Below the pieces are notes generated by a model. It was given only the letters and a program-made list of their open reading frames with translations. It was not told where the DNA came from and did not search any database. A stretch of 64,000 nt of DNA from Bdellovibrionales bacterium (GTDB taxonomy: Bacteria; Bdellovibrionota; Bdellovibrionia; Bdellovibrionales; UBA1609): the NCBI GenBank assembly GCA_027317865.1, contig DAHVQG010000001.1, positions 1 through 64,000 of the forward strand, given 5' to 3'. Made by a program: the position numbers and the translations under genes. Positions 20,488 through 29,473 of this stretch are shown piece by piece; positions within the stretch are counted from its first letter, which is position 1; each line of letters begins with the position of its first letter.

Positions 20488-20497
20488 AAACTTATGT

Positions 20498-21301
20498 TTA
20501 AATAGCGAGCGCGTGATTGACGTGCAAGATTTGGCCGCTGATTCCGTTTGAGGAGTGACTGGCCAAAAACGCGACGATGTTTGAAATGTCGGCATAGTCG
20601 ACAAGCCGCGCATGGGGGAGTGTTTTTTGTAACTCTTGGTGCGCGCGTTGAATCGAAGCGAGTTTCGGAAAGCGCGAAAGTAAATATTCTTCATTTACTC
20701 CGATTGCCAGTGCGTTAACCGCCGTTTGGCTCGCCGAAAGTTCTTGTGCGACCTTTTTCACGTAGTCATTAAATTGCGCAAAGACAGACGACTCCACTTT
20801 TTTCGCCGCAAACGCATCCAGCTCGTTAAAAATATAAAGGACTCGGCCGCGAGTGCGCGTTTTAACAAATGCGCTCGCCGCTTGAGTCATTGTCCGCAGG
20901 GTCTCAAAAGCCTCCAAAAAACTCGCTTCGATGGCGGTACGGGTCGTGGCCGGTCCGGCGTTTTTATCGGCGAAAAACGGAATTTTAAGCCCAAACAATT
21001 GCGTATCAATGTAAATATCAGCTCCGCCGAATGCTTCTGCCGATCGGCTCAGGCTTTGAGCAATCGCATTTTCATCATGAAACTTCGCTTCGATCGCGGC
21101 GGCCCGCCCGAACATCTCGCTCACTTCGCGCATGTCCATAATATTTTGGCAAATGCGTTGGGCCGATTTGTGGTCGTCCGTTAAAAGGGCGACATCAGCA
21201 CCGCAATTGGCTAGCAGAGTTGCGAGGTTTTGCATGAGTAAACCGAACGGCCCCGCCAAAACAATCGTCTTGTCGGTTAATTTAAATCCAACCTCTGACA
21301 T
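20498..21301 (-). CDS. Atypical short-chain dehydrogenase/reductase-fold protein
   Basis: LTDKTIVL start, FGGADIYI, VNALAIG, DISNIVAFLAS..ISGQILHV end; Gly-rich and catalytic motifs degenerate. Confidence 0.75.
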   Translation of the reverse strand: MSEVGFKLTDKTIVLAGPFGLLMQNLATLLANCGADVALLTDDHKSAQRICQNIMDMREVSEMFGRAAAIEAKFHDENAIAQSLSRSAEAFGGADIYIDTQLFGLKIPFFADKNAGPATTRTAIEASFLEAFETLRTMTQAASAFVKTRTRGRVLYIFNELDAFAAKKVESSVFAQFNDYVKKVAQELSASQTAVNALAIGVNEEYLLSRFPKLASIQRAHQELQKTLPHARLVDYADISNIVAFLASHSSNGISGQILHVNHALAI

Positions 21302-21339
21302 GAATTAAATTATATGCTACTCCAAATGCAGGAGTCACT

Positions 21340-22626
21340 ATGAAAGCTGTTGTTGTAGGTTCAGGCGGGCGTGAGCATGCTCTGGTAAGAGCCCTTGGGC
21401 GTTCTGCGTTGGTAAGCCGCATTTACGCTTGGCCGGGCAGCGATGGTATTTTTCTCGACGCAATAAAACCACCAGATACGGTTAAAGATCACCGAAGTTT
21501 TGCGGAGTGGGCAAATAACGAAAAAGTCGATCTCGTAGTAATTGGTCCAGAGTTGGAACTGGTCGAAGGGTTGGCTGATCAATTACGGGCAAATGGAATA
21601 TCAGTTTTTGGACCAAGCCGCGAGGCCGCCGCTTTAGAGGCAAGCAAGATTTTCTCTAAACAATTTATGATTGAATATGGCATACCAACGGCCCCGGCGG
21701 TCACCATTTCAAGTCAGCAGGAGTTGAGCCGCGCCGTTTCGCAATTTTCGCCCCCCTACGTGCTGAAAGCTGACGGGCTTGCTGCCGGTAAAGGTGTTTT
21801 CATTTGCCGTACCGAAGAGGAATTGTTTTCAGCCGGGCGCGACCTTTTTGAACGGCATATCTTAGGCAAAAGCGGTCAGCGCGCACTTCTTGAAGAATGT
21901 TTGCCGGGAGAAGAGCTATCGGTTCTTGTTTTAACAAACGGGTCTCAATTTGAGATTTTACCGTACGGTCGCGATCACAAGCGACTTTTAGATAAAAATC
22001 AGGGGCCCAATACGGGCGGTATGGGGGTTGTCGCGCCAATTTTGATTCCACAGTCAGTGAAGGATGAAATTAAGCGGCTTATAGTTGAACCGTCCGTTCG
22101 AGGTTTACAAGCGCGCGGTTTATTTTACCGGGGGATTTTATTTATTGGCGTAATGATGACCCCAAGCGGACCGAGGGTGCTCGAGTACAATGTGCGGTGG
22201 GGCGATCCTGAGGCGCAGGCTATATTGCCACTCCTTGATGGCGATTGGGCCGAAGTATTTAAACAGGTTGCCGACGGGAGTCTTTCAAAACTCAAGTGGC
22301 GTAACGCGGGTGTGGCCTGTGTGGTGATCGCGGCGGAAGGCTACCCAGACGCTCCCATAAAAGGAGTTGAGATTTCTGGTCTGTCGCCTTTCTCGCGGTC
22401 ACTCGAACTGTCGGCCACCGCCACGGACTTTGACACCGAAATTTTACATGCGGGGACAAAGCTTATAGCGACTGCGCGCGGCCAACAATTCGTTACAAAC
22501 GGCGGCCGCGTGCTGAATGTGGTGGCGCGTGCGGCGACAGTCGAATCGGCAATAAAACAGGCTTATCGGAATATAAATAAAATCCATTGGCCAGGGATGC
22601 ATTTTCGCCGCGATATAGGCCAGTAG
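21340..22626 (+). CDS. purD: Phosphoribosylamine--glycine ligase
   Basis: VVGSGGREHAL, KADGLAAGKGV, GPNTGGMG, EYNVRWGDPE, TNGGRVL. Confidence 0.97.
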   Translation: MKAVVVGSGGREHALVRALGRSALVSRIYAWPGSDGIFLDAIKPPDTVKDHRSFAEWANNEKVDLVVIGPELELVEGLADQLRANGISVFGPSREAAALEASKIFSKQFMIEYGIPTAPAVTISSQQELSRAVSQFSPPYVLKADGLAAGKGVFICRTEEELFSAGRDLFERHILGKSGQRALLEECLPGEELSVLVLTNGSQFEILPYGRDHKRLLDKNQGPNTGGMGVVAPILIPQSVKDEIKRLIVEPSVRGLQARGLFYRGILFIGVMMTPSGPRVLEYNVRWGDPEAQAILPLLDGDWAEVFKQVADGSLSKLKWRNAGVACVVIAAEGYPDAPIKGVEISGLSPFSRSLELSATATDFDTEILHAGTKLIATARGQQFVTNGGRVLNVVARAATVESAIKQAYRNINKIHWPGMHFRRDIGQ

Positions 22627-22651
22627 CGACAGCGTCATTTTGATTGGTTAG

Positions 22652-23257
22652 TTAAAAACTCCAGTGAAACCCGAAGTTCATTTCTGGTGAGGCAATGTTG
22701 TAAGACAAAGTCGCTGAAATCGACTTGTGAATTTTCAGTTCAGTTTCGGCAAGAGTGTTGCGAATACCATACGTAATTTTATAATTTTTTGCCCTTACGG
22801 CTTTGACATAGCTAGCTGATTTGATGACCGGCAAATCGAGTAAGCTATTGTCAGCGATTTCTCGGTTTGCAATTGTCTGCAAAGTTTTAGACAGAATTTT
22901 AGAGGTGACTTGCGCTGTGCCGTCGGTTGAGTTGAGGCTTTGATAGGGCACGTAGTTAGCCGGGTTAAAGCGTCGCGCATCCACTGCTTTTTGGGCTTTC
23001 TGAAGTAGAGCTAAATTGAGTTCCTTTGTGTCGTGGTCAATGACCTCGGTCTGAATTGGCGTTAGCGGTAGCGCGAAATTGACTTCGGTAACGTTGAGCG
23101 GGCGGCGTTGTGTTAGAGCGGATGAATGAAGCGCCATTTTAATTGGCAAAGTGATCTGTTGTATCGGTGCATCTATTGGACTAATGAACAAGGGACGTAT
23201 CGCGGATGATGCCGGTACGGTATTGAGTGTGAACAACGCGGCGATCAGTGCTCGCAT
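22652..23257 (-). CDS. Exported hypothetical protein with short C-terminal beta region ending in Phe
   Basis: AGGA RBS before MRALIAALFTLN; ends EMNFGFHWSF; sigma54 motif upstream. Confidence 0.7.
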   Translation of the reverse strand: MRALIAALFTLNTVPASSAIRPLFISPIDAPIQQITLPIKMALHSSALTQRRPLNVTEVNFALPLTPIQTEVIDHDTKELNLALLQKAQKAVDARRFNPANYVPYQSLNSTDGTAQVTSKILSKTLQTIANREIADNSLLDLPVIKSASYVKAVRAKNYKITYGIRNTLAETELKIHKSISATLSYNIASPEMNFGFHWSF

Positions 23258-23277
23258 TGCGTAAGTCCTAAAATGAT

Positions 23278-23292
23278 GTCTCATACTGAGAC
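23278..23292. promoter_or_regulatory. Perfect palindromic operator-like site GTCTCA-TAC-TGAGAC
   Basis: Read directly; lies between a sigma54 motif and the RBS; near-copies at 4631, 9751 and 24502. Confidence 0.6.
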
Positions 23293-23322
23293 GGTTTTTA
23301 TTGCCCATCACAGTACTAAATG

Positions 23323-23339
23323 TGCAAACGCAGTGCCTA
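23323..23339 (-). promoter_or_regulatory. Putative sigma54 (-24/-12) promoter
   Basis: Minus strand TAGGCACTGCGTTTGCA = GG-N10-GC. Confidence 0.65.
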
Positions 23340-23454
23340 CCGTATAGTTTCGATTTGGCCCCAGTAGACAATCCCGCACATCTGGACGTGTCAAATTGGC
23401 TGCCTCAATATGATAATCCGATAAATTTTTTGACACTGTAAACGGATATGACGG

Positions 23455-24420
23455 CTACTTAACTTGAAAAAACAGCGCGTCGGTTGCAACGGCATCGCAC
23501 CGTGCACCCGTGCTGCTGTCCGTCGCCTTCATCGTGATGTAACCGTTGTCGCCCCAATCGGTTCCCCAAGAGTTGCGGATAAGCCAGGTGCCAACGCCCG
23601 CAGGCAGATTGCCCATTTTGTTAAATACGCAATTGCCGTTTTTATCGACCGATGTTTCGCAGTTATAGCCTTCGATTACGACCATATGGTTGAGGTCGCT
23701 TACGTTATTATCCGAACAATCGTTGTACACGCCCGAGGCATAGTTCTCCCAGTTATTGTCAGCCGCAACGTCTACCGAAACGGGTTGATGAAGCACTCCG
23801 ACGACGTAGGCAATATCTTCGAATGACGGGGTAGGCGAATTGGGGAATTGACCGAGGTCATTCCCAAGAAGTTTGTACGAAATGGCCGAAGCAACAGGCT
23901 TTTCTTTTATACATTGGCCCTGCATTTCGGTGTACGGTCCGTCGCTGCCGTATTTCGGCGCGCCAAGCGGAGATACAAACATCTGAGCCGCACTGAAATC
24001 GCCGCCGCTGCAACCCTGCATTTGCGTGTCACAATTGAGAAGATAATTGAATGATAAGCGGCCCGGATCATGGCCGTGGGTCATAAGTGTACCCCGTAAT
24101 GCTGTGGTAAGAGAAAAATCCCAGCAACTTCCGCACATGCCTTGATTTTCTACAGGACCGGCTTCGCCGCGAAGGCTGAACGAACCTGGAATTTTAACCT
24201 TCGGAGCCACAAAACTAACATGCGGAGTGGTTTCAAGAAAACGCATGGAGGCACGGCTTTGTCTTACAAAACCTGTGGCGTGGTAGCTGTGATAAACGCG
24301 AGAGGTGTAAGTCGATATAAAATTTGGTTTTCTTTGCTTTTTTGAAATGGCGAACGCAGTGGTCGTGCCCGTCGCGATGAACGCTATTGCAATCAACAGC
24401 GCGCGAATATTTTTTGTCAT
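23455..24420 (-). CDS. Secreted papain-family (C1A) cysteine protease
   Basis: Signal peptide; QGMCGSCWDFS, GCSGG, NHMVVIEGY, WLIRNSWGTDWGDNGY. Confidence 0.93.
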   Translation of the reverse strand: MTKNIRALLIAIAFIATGTTTAFAISKKQRKPNFISTYTSRVYHSYHATGFVRQSRASMRFLETTPHVSFVAPKVKIPGSFSLRGEAGPVENQGMCGSCWDFSLTTALRGTLMTHGHDPGRLSFNYLLNCDTQMQGCSGGDFSAAQMFVSPLGAPKYGSDGPYTEMQGQCIKEKPVASAISYKLLGNDLGQFPNSPTPSFEDIAYVVGVLHQPVSVDVAADNNWENYASGVYNDCSDNNVSDLNHMVVIEGYNCETSVDKNGNCVFNKMGNLPAGVGTWLIRNSWGTDWGDNGYITMKATDSSTGARCDAVATDALFFQVK

Positions 24421-24470
24421 GGAACTCCCTTTCAGTCTTTTCGGGAGCCTTCGTAGCACCCGGCAAGAAT

Positions 24471-24516
24471 GATTCGGATTCCCATTGTTTCAAATTAACG
24501 CGTCTAAAGTTGAGAC
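24471..24516 (-). promoter_or_regulatory. Putative sigma28-type promoter with upstream GTCTCA-ACT-TTAGAC site
   Basis: Minus strand TTAA-N16-TCCGAATC (24498-24471); palindrome variant at 24502-24516. Confidence 0.45.
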
Positions 24517-24524
24517 TCTGATTC

Positions 24525-24568
24525 CGCTTACGCTTCGGGCTGCCTCACGCTTACGCTTCGGGCTGCCT
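24525..24568. repeat. 21-bp direct repeat duplicating the 3' end of the NtrC-family gene
   Basis: cgcttacgcttcgggctgcct at 24525-24545 and 24548-24568. Confidence 0.9.
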
Positions 24569-25948
24569 TAGGCCCTTTTTTTTGATTTTTTCGACTAGAG
24601 TCGTTCGGTTGAGCTTGAGCAGCGCTGCGGCTTGATTGCGATTCCAGCCCGTTTTTTCTAAAGCGCGAACAATAAGCGAGTTTTCGAACGAGTCGACGGC
24701 TGAGTTAAAATCAAGACCATCGGTTGGAATTTCAAGACTCAGCGACTTGGATTCGGCGGCTGCCGCTTCGACACCACGGTATTTTTTGGGTAAGTCGGCG
24801 ACGTCAACAATGCCGCCATTTTTTAAAATGGCTAGCCGTTCGACAAGATTTTCAAGTTCGCGGATGTTGCCCGGCCACGAATAATTAAGCAAGTATTCAA
24901 GCGCCGCAGGAGCAAGACCCATTAACTTTAGTTTCTTACCCTGATTGAAGATTTCCATGAAGTAGTGAAACAGAAGCGGAATATCCGATTTTCGCTCGCG
25001 AAGCGGTGGAATGTGAATGGGGATGACATTCAATCGATAGAAAAGATCCTCGCGAAATCGGCCATCGCTCACAGCTTGTTCGAGGTTGACGTTGGTCGCG
25101 GCGATGACTCGCACATCCGATGCGTGCGTTTTTGTGCTACCCACGGGTTCAAATTTTTTCTCTTGTAAAACACGCAGAAGTTTGACTTGCAAATGAGGGC
25201 TCATGTCGCCAATTTCGTCAAAAAACAGTGTACCGCCGTTAGCAAGATCGAATCGACCGACCCGATTGTTGACAGCGCCCGTAAAAGCGCCTTTGACGTG
25301 ACCAAACAGTTCGCTTTCAAGAAGCTCCCCGGGGATTGCTCCGCAATTAATTGGCACAAACGGTTTGTTGGCGCGCTCCGAATTATAGTGAATCGCTTTG
25401 GCGACAAGTTCTTTGCCGGTGCCACTTTCACCTGTAACCAAAACGGTAGAATCGGATTGTGACACGCGTTCAATAAGCTCTAAAACCCGAGCCACACCCT
25501 CGCTCTGACCTATTATATTGTCGAATCTATATTTTTTGTGAAGAGCTGAACGCAGGTTCACATTTTCTTGCTCGAGATCTTTATGCGCAAGGGTCTTTTC
25601 AACCAGGTTCGTCACTTCGTCGAGTTCAAAGGGCTTTGTGATAAAATGCTCAGCCCCGCATTTGGTCGCGCGAACGGCGGCCTCAATGGTTCCAAAACCG
25701 GTGAGCACAATAAATAAACTTTGCGGGCTGTGTTTTCGAAACTCCGTCAAAAAATCGATACCGTCACCATCCGGGAGCCGTAAATCGCACAGTACAAGGT
25801 CGGCAGGACGTTCCGATTGCCCGAGTTGTAAAGCCTCTTGTTTGGATGCGGCCGTAATGACCTGAAATCCTTTTCGGTCGAGAGCCCGAAAAAGGGCTGT
25901 GCGTAAAGAAGTGTCGTCGTCGACAATTAATATACGTCGCGTTTGCAT
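24551..25948 (-). CDS. Sigma54-dependent response regulator (NtrC family: receiver, AAA+, Fis HTH)
   Basis: [55 protein letters not shown]. Confidence 0.95.
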   Translation of the reverse strand: MQTRRILIVDDDTSLRTALFRALDRKGFQVITAASKQEALQLGQSERPADLVLCDLRLPDGDGIDFLTEFRKHSPQSLFIVLTGFGTIEAAVRATKCGAEHFITKPFELDEVTNLVEKTLAHKDLEQENVNLRSALHKKYRFDNIIGQSEGVARVLELIERVSQSDSTVLVTGESGTGKELVAKAIHYNSERANKPFVPINCGAIPGELLESELFGHVKGAFTGAVNNRVGRFDLANGGTLFFDEIGDMSPHLQVKLLRVLQEKKFEPVGSTKTHASDVRVIAATNVNLEQAVSDGRFREDLFYRLNVIPIHIPPLRERKSDIPLLFHYFMEIFNQGKKLKLMGLAPAALEYLLNYSWPGNIRELENLVERLAILKNGGIVDVADLPKKYRGVEAAAAESKSLSLEIPTDGLDFNSAVDSFENSLIVRALEKTGWNRNQAAALLKLNRTTLVEKIKKKGLRQPEA

Positions 25949-26080
25949 CCGGCTTCCCTTCCCTGGCAGGTGAATTGACTCGATCCTGAGTCTCCGCTGT
26001 TCCCTATGTTAAAAGTTTAGAGTTGGGTTTTTGGCTCTGTCAAATTTTGGCGTCAAACCATTGTTCAACCGTGACCAAAT

Positions 26081-27370
26081 CTAGACGTTTTGAAATGTGA
26101 TTTTGACCATTGTCCCAACGTTAGGCCGGGAAGAAATTTCAAGTTTGCCCTTGTGCTGGTCAACAATCTGATGGGCCAGCGTCAAATCATTTGGGCCGGC
26201 TAAACATCCGTTATCGCGAATCGAAATTTCGATCGCGTTATTTTCAGTTTGAACCGCAACGTGTATTTGTCCCCGACTGCCAGGACTTTGGCGCAAAAGT
26301 TCAGCGACGGCGGCGTAAGCATTCTGCATTATTTCGCTTAACGCTTGGGATAAGAGGTTGAATTGTCCTGAAAACGGAATCTCCCGCTCCGACTGTTCAA
26401 CTGTAAGCTCGATACCGAGCGATCTTGTTTGCAGCTCCATAATCTGCACGGCCTGCCGAATCACTTCGCGCAAGTCGAAAGTTTCATGGGTTTGTTCATT
26501 TTGTTGACGCGAAAATCGAAGCAAGTTTTCGACAATCGCCTTACAGCGTTTGCCCGCGTTTTCCATTTCGATAATATCGTCACGCATGGGGTGATCTTCG
26601 GGTAAATCCATTTTTATAAGTTGTAAAAATGAAAGCATTCCGCCCAGCGGATTATTAATGTCGTGGGCGATGCTGGAGCCGATTGTGCCGAGTTCGGCCA
26701 TTTTTGCCGAAGCCAGTATTCGCTTTTCCATTTTTTTCTGGTCTGTGACATCGCGAAAGAGAATCAGAAGGAATTTTTGCTTTTCGTCATAACCTAAAAT
26801 AGGTTGGGTCGCGATTTCATATTGGCGCGTTGCGGCCGCAGGGTTTATGACCTGAAAGCAATTTTTACCAACGGCGCGTGAGGCTTTAATTTGAGACGCT
26901 AAAACAAAAGCTTTATTAGTGCGAATGATATTGAAATTTTCGTCGGTGAGACAGAGTGGCTCGGCAATGGCGTTGAAAGTCGTCTCCCACTGAAGTTTGA
27001 GATTTTCGGATTGGTCGAGTTTCGACAGACGATCAAGAGCGAAGCTCAGAGTCTTGCAAATTTGCGACAAAGCATCCTGTTCGCGTTTGCTAAATTTTTG
27101 CCGCGAATTGCGTGCAAAAACGGCTGTGCCTAAACGGCGTGATGAGACAGCGAGTTCGCGTTGAAACAGCTGAACGTTTTGGAGTCGGCCAAGTTGCGCG
27201 TCGAGCATTTGGGGAGTGTGAAAAAACACGCGGATCCACTGCAGTTGAAAGGGTTTGCGCAATTCGCTGAGCAAGCGGCGTTCAATGTCGGCGATCGATT
27301 CGGCTTCGTGAACGGCGATGATCGCGTTTTGAACAATTTCGGGATTCGGGCCGGTTTGAGACGCCCTCAT
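26081..27370 (-). CDS. Cytoplasmic sensor histidine kinase (GAF-like/PAS, HisKA, truncated HATPase)
   Basis: WETTFNAIAEP PAS; KMAELG..IAHDINNPL H-box; QNA N-box; DNG; F and G2 boxes absent. Confidence 0.85.
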   Translation of the reverse strand: MRASQTGPNPEIVQNAIIAVHEAESIADIERRLLSELRKPFQLQWIRVFFHTPQMLDAQLGRLQNVQLFQRELAVSSRRLGTAVFARNSRQKFSKREQDALSQICKTLSFALDRLSKLDQSENLKLQWETTFNAIAEPLCLTDENFNIIRTNKAFVLASQIKASRAVGKNCFQVINPAAATRQYEIATQPILGYDEKQKFLLILFRDVTDQKKMEKRILASAKMAELGTIGSSIAHDINNPLGGMLSFLQLIKMDLPEDHPMRDDIIEMENAGKRCKAIVENLLRFSRQQNEQTHETFDLREVIRQAVQIMELQTRSLGIELTVEQSEREIPFSGQFNLLSQALSEIMQNAYAAVAELLRQSPGSRGQIHVAVQTENNAIEISIRDNGCLAGPNDLTLAHQIVDQHKGKLEISSRPNVGTMVKITFQNV

Positions 27371-28038
27371 TTAAGGGCTCCGCTAAAGATCTTTTCTATG
27401 CCGTGTTTAAAATGCGGCCAGACATTTTCGCGCGCGCATCCTTCCGCTTCTTCGACGCAGATCACGGGAATTTTATTATCATACCATCCGTAACCGCTAA
27501 GGCTGCCGGGAGTTGGGTAGCCGATGTCGTTTTTTAATTCATATCCCGAACTGTCGGCAAGAGCGCGACCAGCGAGCAAGCCGGGTTCACCAGTACAAAC
27601 AATACATGGCTGCCAAGAATGAAAATGAATGAGAAGACACGGTTTGCAATCTTGTATGAGCTGAACAAGCGCTTGGACTTCGGGTTCGCTACCGGCGCTT
27701 GGCCCTGAATTGTAACGTGGTTTTTCGAAATGGGGCGACCAATCCCGGCTGGGGTAGTTACGATTGAGATCGACACCGTGGCCATTGCCACGCGTGCATG
27801 CAGCGTAGCCGTCAGGATTTAGACATGGGATAAGTATCCATGGTAGCTTCACGGTGTTTCTTTTTAGCCACTCAAACGTAAATTCGGCAAGCCAAACTCC
27901 CTCGGGTTCGTCGCCGTGTACTCCGCCGATTAGAATAATCGGATTTTTGGGCTCAGGTGACGATTTGAATAGAGCAATGGGATTATTGTTGGCGGATCTT
28001 GACCAATCACGGACTTCAACTATTTGCATGCGATCCAT
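27367..28038 (-). CDS. mpaA: M14-family zinc carboxypeptidase, murein tripeptide amidase MpaA-like
   Basis: GGVHGDEPEG, PCLNPDG, RGNGHGVDLNRNYP, SEPE, FHS, IGYPTPGSL. Confidence 0.8.
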   Translation of the reverse strand: MDRMQIVEVRDWSRSANNNPIALFKSSPEPKNPIILIGGVHGDEPEGVWLAEFTFEWLKRNTVKLPWILIPCLNPDGYAACTRGNGHGVDLNRNYPSRDWSPHFEKPRYNSGPSAGSEPEVQALVQLIQDCKPCLLIHFHSWQPCIVCTGEPGLLAGRALADSSGYELKNDIGYPTPGSLSGYGWYDNKIPVICVEEAEGCARENVWPHFKHGIEKIFSGALK

Positions 28039-28099
28039 CGTAGCATATTCGGGAGTGGCTAGTTGACGTTTTATATGGGCCGCCGTAATTCTCTACATT

Positions 28100-29464
28100 G
28101 TGATTGAGCATAAGTTTTCTGCAATTATTTTAGCCGCCGGGCAAGGTAAACGAATGAAGTCGAACCTGCCCAAAGTCTTGCACCCGGTCGCCGGTCAACC
28201 CATGATTTCACGAATAGTGAACTGTGCAAAGGCGGCGGGAGCGACGGAAATTCGGGTCGTTGTAGGTGTTGGTGAAAATCTCGTGCGCCAAGTTGTTGAA
28301 CCGTTGGGCGCAGTTTGCTTTAAACAAGCCGAACAACGCGGGACAGCTGACGCAGTTCGTGCCGCACAAGCCAGCTCGCTAACGGGGACGGTGCTAATCT
28401 TAAATGGCGATCATCCCCTCATTACGACTGAAGACATTCATCGCGTCCTTGAAGATTATTTTAACAGCCAAGGCGGCATTACGCTTGCTACGGCTAAACT
28501 CAAAAAACCAGGTGCCCTCGGGCGTGTGGTGCGCGACGGCGGCAATTTACGCGCTATTGTTGAAGCCAAAGACGCCTCATCCGAGACCTTAAAGATTCGC
28601 GAAGTGAACACGGGGATTTATGCTCTCGATGCCAAACTACTCAATCAGGTATTGCCGCACATCGGGTCTACGAATGCGCAGAATGAATTTTACCTCACCG
28701 ACATGGTCGGGTTGGCGATTGAAAATAAAATTCCGGTAAGCGGACTTCGCCTTCCAGCCCGCGTGGCTATGGGAGTGAACTCACAAGAAGAACTGGCATT
28801 TGCGTCGCGCCGGATTTTTTATCGAAACGCAAAAAATTTAATGGCTGAAGGCGTGGTGTTTATTGACCCGCGCGCCACATACGTCGAGGACAGCGTGAAA
28901 ATTGGTGCGGCATCGGTGATTTACCCTGGGGCATACATTCGTGGCGCAACTCAAATGGGTTCGTTCTGCGTTATCGAACCCAATTGCTTTCTCAATTCGG
29001 TGACGCTTGAAGATAGCGTTCACGTGCTGGGAGGGTCGTATCTTGAAAATTGCGTATTGCGCACTAAATCGGTGGTTGGACCGTATGCGCGCATTCGCCC
29101 TGAAACCGAAATCGGTGCCGGAGCGCGTGTCGGCAATTTCGTAGAACTCAAGAAAGTAAAATTCGGTGCGGGTGCTAAAGCGAGCCATCTGACTTATCTT
29201 GGCGATGCTGAAATTGGCGAGAACACCAATATCGGTTGCGGAACAATTACGTGTAACTACGCAGTCGATAAGAACAAATATCTGACAAAAATTGGAAAAG
29301 ACGTTTTCGTTGGTTCCGATTCGCAATTTGTTGCGCCGGTAACCGTTGGCGACGGTGCCATCATCGGAAGCGGCTCCACAATAACAAAAGACGTACCGGC
29401 AAAAGCGCTGGCTGTGGCGCGCGCCCGCCAAGTGAACATAGAAAATTATAAACCAAAAAAGTAG
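28100..29464 (+). CDS. glmU: Bifunctional UDP-GlcNAc pyrophosphorylase/glucosamine-1-P acetyltransferase
   Basis: ILAAGQGKRMKS..PKVLH, EVNTGIY, EFYLTD, GNFVELK, HLTYLGDA, hexapeptide repeats. Confidence 0.98.
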   Translation: MIEHKFSAIILAAGQGKRMKSNLPKVLHPVAGQPMISRIVNCAKAAGATEIRVVVGVGENLVRQVVEPLGAVCFKQAEQRGTADAVRAAQASSLTGTVLILNGDHPLITTEDIHRVLEDYFNSQGGITLATAKLKKPGALGRVVRDGGNLRAIVEAKDASSETLKIREVNTGIYALDAKLLNQVLPHIGSTNAQNEFYLTDMVGLAIENKIPVSGLRLPARVAMGVNSQEELAFASRRIFYRNAKNLMAEGVVFIDPRATYVEDSVKIGAASVIYPGAYIRGATQMGSFCVIEPNCFLNSVTLEDSVHVLGGSYLENCVLRTKSVVGPYARIRPETEIGAGARVGNFVELKKVKFGAGAKASHLTYLGDAEIGENTNIGCGTITCNYAVDKNKYLTKIGKDVFVGSDSQFVAPVTVGDGAIIGSGSTITKDVPAKALAVARARQVNIENYKPKK

Positions 29465-29473
29465 GTTTGCGCC

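Noticed and set aside
28838-29431. Long antisense or alternate-frame ORFs (e.g. 197 aa opposite glmU, 174 aa at 5751-6275, 159 aa opposite lgt)
   Set aside because: Shadows of well-supported genes with no recognisable motifs.
29465-29473. glmS ribozyme
   Set aside because: Only 9 nt separate glmU and glmS.
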